From a virus: DNA of 64,000 nucleotides. Below, piece after piece: positions 62,390 to 64,000 of the stretch (within the stretch, counting starts at the first letter, position 1; every line of letters starts with the position of its first letter). Under the pieces are notes generated by a model. It was not told the origin of the DNA and searched no databases. It saw nothing but the letters and a program-made list of their open reading frames with translations. The position numbers and the translations under genes are program-made. The DNA lies in the IMG/VR virus record IMGVR_UViG_3300037483_001148, positions 1 through 64,000 of that record; one strand, written 5' to 3'.

Positions 62390-64000
62390 ATGACCCGATT
62401 CTTTCTCGACTTTGAAACTTTTTGGGATAGCAATTATTCCCTATCCGGCCCAAACGCTTTGCCAATTGATAACTATGTCATGGATGATCGTTTTCACATT
62501 CATGGTGTTGCTATTAAAAAAGACGATCAGCCAAGTCAATGGTATACTGGTGACATGGTTGAAAAAGCTATCAATCGGCTCAAGGCTTATCCTGATGCCA
62601 CTTTAATAGCCCACAATATGTACTTCGATGGATTCATTCTCACCCAAAAGTTCGGCATTAAAGCATATCGCTGGCTATGTACCATGTGCATGGGGAAGGG
62701 CTTATTTGGTCCTGATATTTCCAACAGCCTTGATTCTGTTTCTTCCAGATTAGGCACAGGTGAAAAGGGCAATGCCCTGGTGGATACAAAAGGTAAGTTA
62801 CATCTTAGCGAAGCTGAGTTAAAAAAGCTTGGCGAGTATGCTTGCAATGACAATGAAATATGTGCCGCTTCCTATGCCAAAATGATTCCAAATTATCCTG
62901 AAGGTGAGTTAAGGTTGATAGACCTGACCTTGAGGATGTTCATTGAGCCGAGACTTGAGCTAGACCATGAGCTACTGGAAAACTATTACAATTCCATTGT
63001 AGCCGATAAGATGAAGGTATTGGCTGATCTGCAATGGATTGTACCATATCTACCATCGAGTGGGCAGGTATCGTTTTTTGAGGAAGACCCCACCGAAAAA
63101 ATCAAAAAGGCTTTAATGTCAGACCAGCAATTTGCTGAACTACTGACCAAACTAAACATAAAAGTTCCTACAAAAACAAGCAAAAAGACCGGCGAAAAAA
63201 CAACAGCTTTTGCCAAAACAGATACCGGCTTCAAGAATGTGCTTAAGGGTGATGACCAAAGAGCCATTCAGCTTTTCACAGCCAAACAGGAACTTAGCAG
63301 TACTATTACTGAGACACGAAGCCAATCGCTACTCAATGTTGGCAAACGCTCTTTGCCGGTTCAATTGATATATTTCGGCACTCATTCAAGCCGATGGTCT
63401 GGTGGTGGGAAACGAAACCTTCAGAACTTGCCGAAAGTGGGGGATATTCGTAAAGCCATTATTGCCCCTAAAGGCTACAAACTGGGGATTGCTGATTCAT
63501 CTCAGATCGAGGCCAGGTTGACCGCCTATGTTGCCAGTAAATTAGCCGGGGTTGAGTGTGAGCTACTTAAATGGTTCAAGCAAGGTTTAGACCCCTACTG
63601 TGAATTTGGTACGCGCTTCTTTGGTCGGACGATTACTAAAGAGGATAAGTTTGACCGGTTTGTTTCAAAACAATGTGTCCTCGGTCTAGGATTTCAGATG
63701 TCGGCAGCTAAGTTTGCTTTACATATGAAAAACCTGGCTGATAAGGATTTTGAACCTGAGTTCTGCCAAAACGCTGTATCGTTTTACCGCAATACTTTCC
63801 CTGAAATTCCATCTCTATGGTATCACATGCAAAGAATGTTACAGGTGGTTTTGGACAAAGGATTTATGGACTTTGGCTTTTGGGGTATTGATGAAAAAGG
63901 CATTTTGCTACCATCGGGGATGCATGTGCAGTATCATCAACTTCGTAAACTACCGGCAAACCCAAGCGAAGGAAGAAAATGGGATGAGTTTGAGTATTTT
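62390..64000 (+). CDS. family A DNA polymerase with 3'-5' exonuclease, partial (runs off right edge)
   Basis: Hand translation MTRFFLDFETF...AHNMYFD...YACND; THSSRWSG...NLQNLP...IRKAI.AP.G...ADSSQIEARL (motif A); RFVSKQCVLGLGF (motif B). Confidence 0.93.
   Translation, partial: MTRFFLDFETFWDSNYSLSGPNALPIDNYVMDDRFHIHGVAIKKDDQPSQWYTGDMVEKAINRLKAYPDATLIAHNMYFDGFILTQKFGIKAYRWLCTMCMGKGLFGPDISNSLDSVSSRLGTGEKGNALVDTKGKLHLSEAELKKLGEYACNDNEICAASYAKMIPNYPEGELRLIDLTLRMFIEPRLELDHELLENYYNSIVADKMKVLADLQWIVPYLPSSGQVSFFEEDPTEKIKKALMSDQQFAELLTKLNIKVPTKTSKKTGEKTTAFAKTDTGFKNVLKGDDQRAIQLFTAKQELSSTITETRSQSLLNVGKRSLPVQLIYFGTHSSRWSGGGKRNLQNLPKVGDIRKAIIAPKGYKLGIADSSQIEARLTAYVASKLAGVECELLKWFKQGLDPYCEFGTRFFGRTITKEDKFDRFVSKQCVLGLGFQMSAAKFALHMKNLADKDFEPEFCQNAVSFYRNTFPEIPSLWYHMQRMLQVVLDKGFMDFGFWGIDEKGILLPSGMHVQYHQLRKLPANPSEGRKWDEFEYF

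Larger units (their letters stand above)
57471..62393 (+). other. run of about 14 small hypothetical ORFs upstream of the DNA polymerase
   Basis: Co-oriented coupled ORFs in the track. Confidence 0.6.

Noticed and set aside
62412-63267. ORFs 62412-62606 (+), 62587-62853 (-) and 62986-63267 (-)
   Set aside because: Shadows of the DNA polymerase frame that starts at 62390
1-64000. Genome-wide stop-codon reassignment (TGA or TAG)
   Set aside because: Long genes are intact under code 11, and many ORFs end in TGA or TAG with overlapping downstream starts; only the TGA at 1203 looks recoded

Overview
An AT-rich, gene-dense segment of a large tailed-phage (Caudoviricetes) genome. The host is probably Chloroflexota; this is an inference from a TadE-like pilin, a Chloroflexi-style extracellular domain and GAAC-N4-GTTC boxes. 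Layout: (1) 1-14.3 kb, mostly minus strand, is the head/packaging module: TerS, TerL, a 1479-aa portal-polyprotein fusion, a 657-aa internal-protein-like ORF and a Mu-type prohead protease/scaffold running off the left edge. It is interrupted by SSB, Ref-like nuclease, glycosyltransferase and exonuclease genes. (2) 14.4-29.6 kb (+) carries RusA, LexA-like HTH, an FtsK-like ATPase, a glycosyl-/methyl-/acetyl-transferase cluster, a TadE pilin, an HNH nuclease and a holin. (3) A non-coding gap at 29.6-30.2 kb holds tandem LexA-type palindromes. (4) 30.3-45 kb is many small early-type ORFs, including ArdC-N, GHKL-zincin and a gutted ComM. (5) 45-52.7 kb is the standout locus: vWA protein, ubiquitin-like protein fused to a C2H2 finger, a promoter-driven array of four covarying ncRNA modules (three grafted onto tRNA bodies at three different positions), a TROVE/Ro60-like vWA protein, a Cys-motif E2-candidate, a HExxH peptidase and a ThiF/E1 enzyme. 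(6) 55-57 kb has a solitary type I-C CRISPR repeat, tRNA-Ile, a tRNA-like RNA and several structured ncRNA candidates. (7) A family A DNA polymerase runs off the right edge. The prohead protease also looks circularly permuted, and it has an upstream in-frame TGA at a Cys position followed by a SECIS-like hairpin (candidate phage selenoprotein). All family assignments come from motif recognition by eye, not from database searches.
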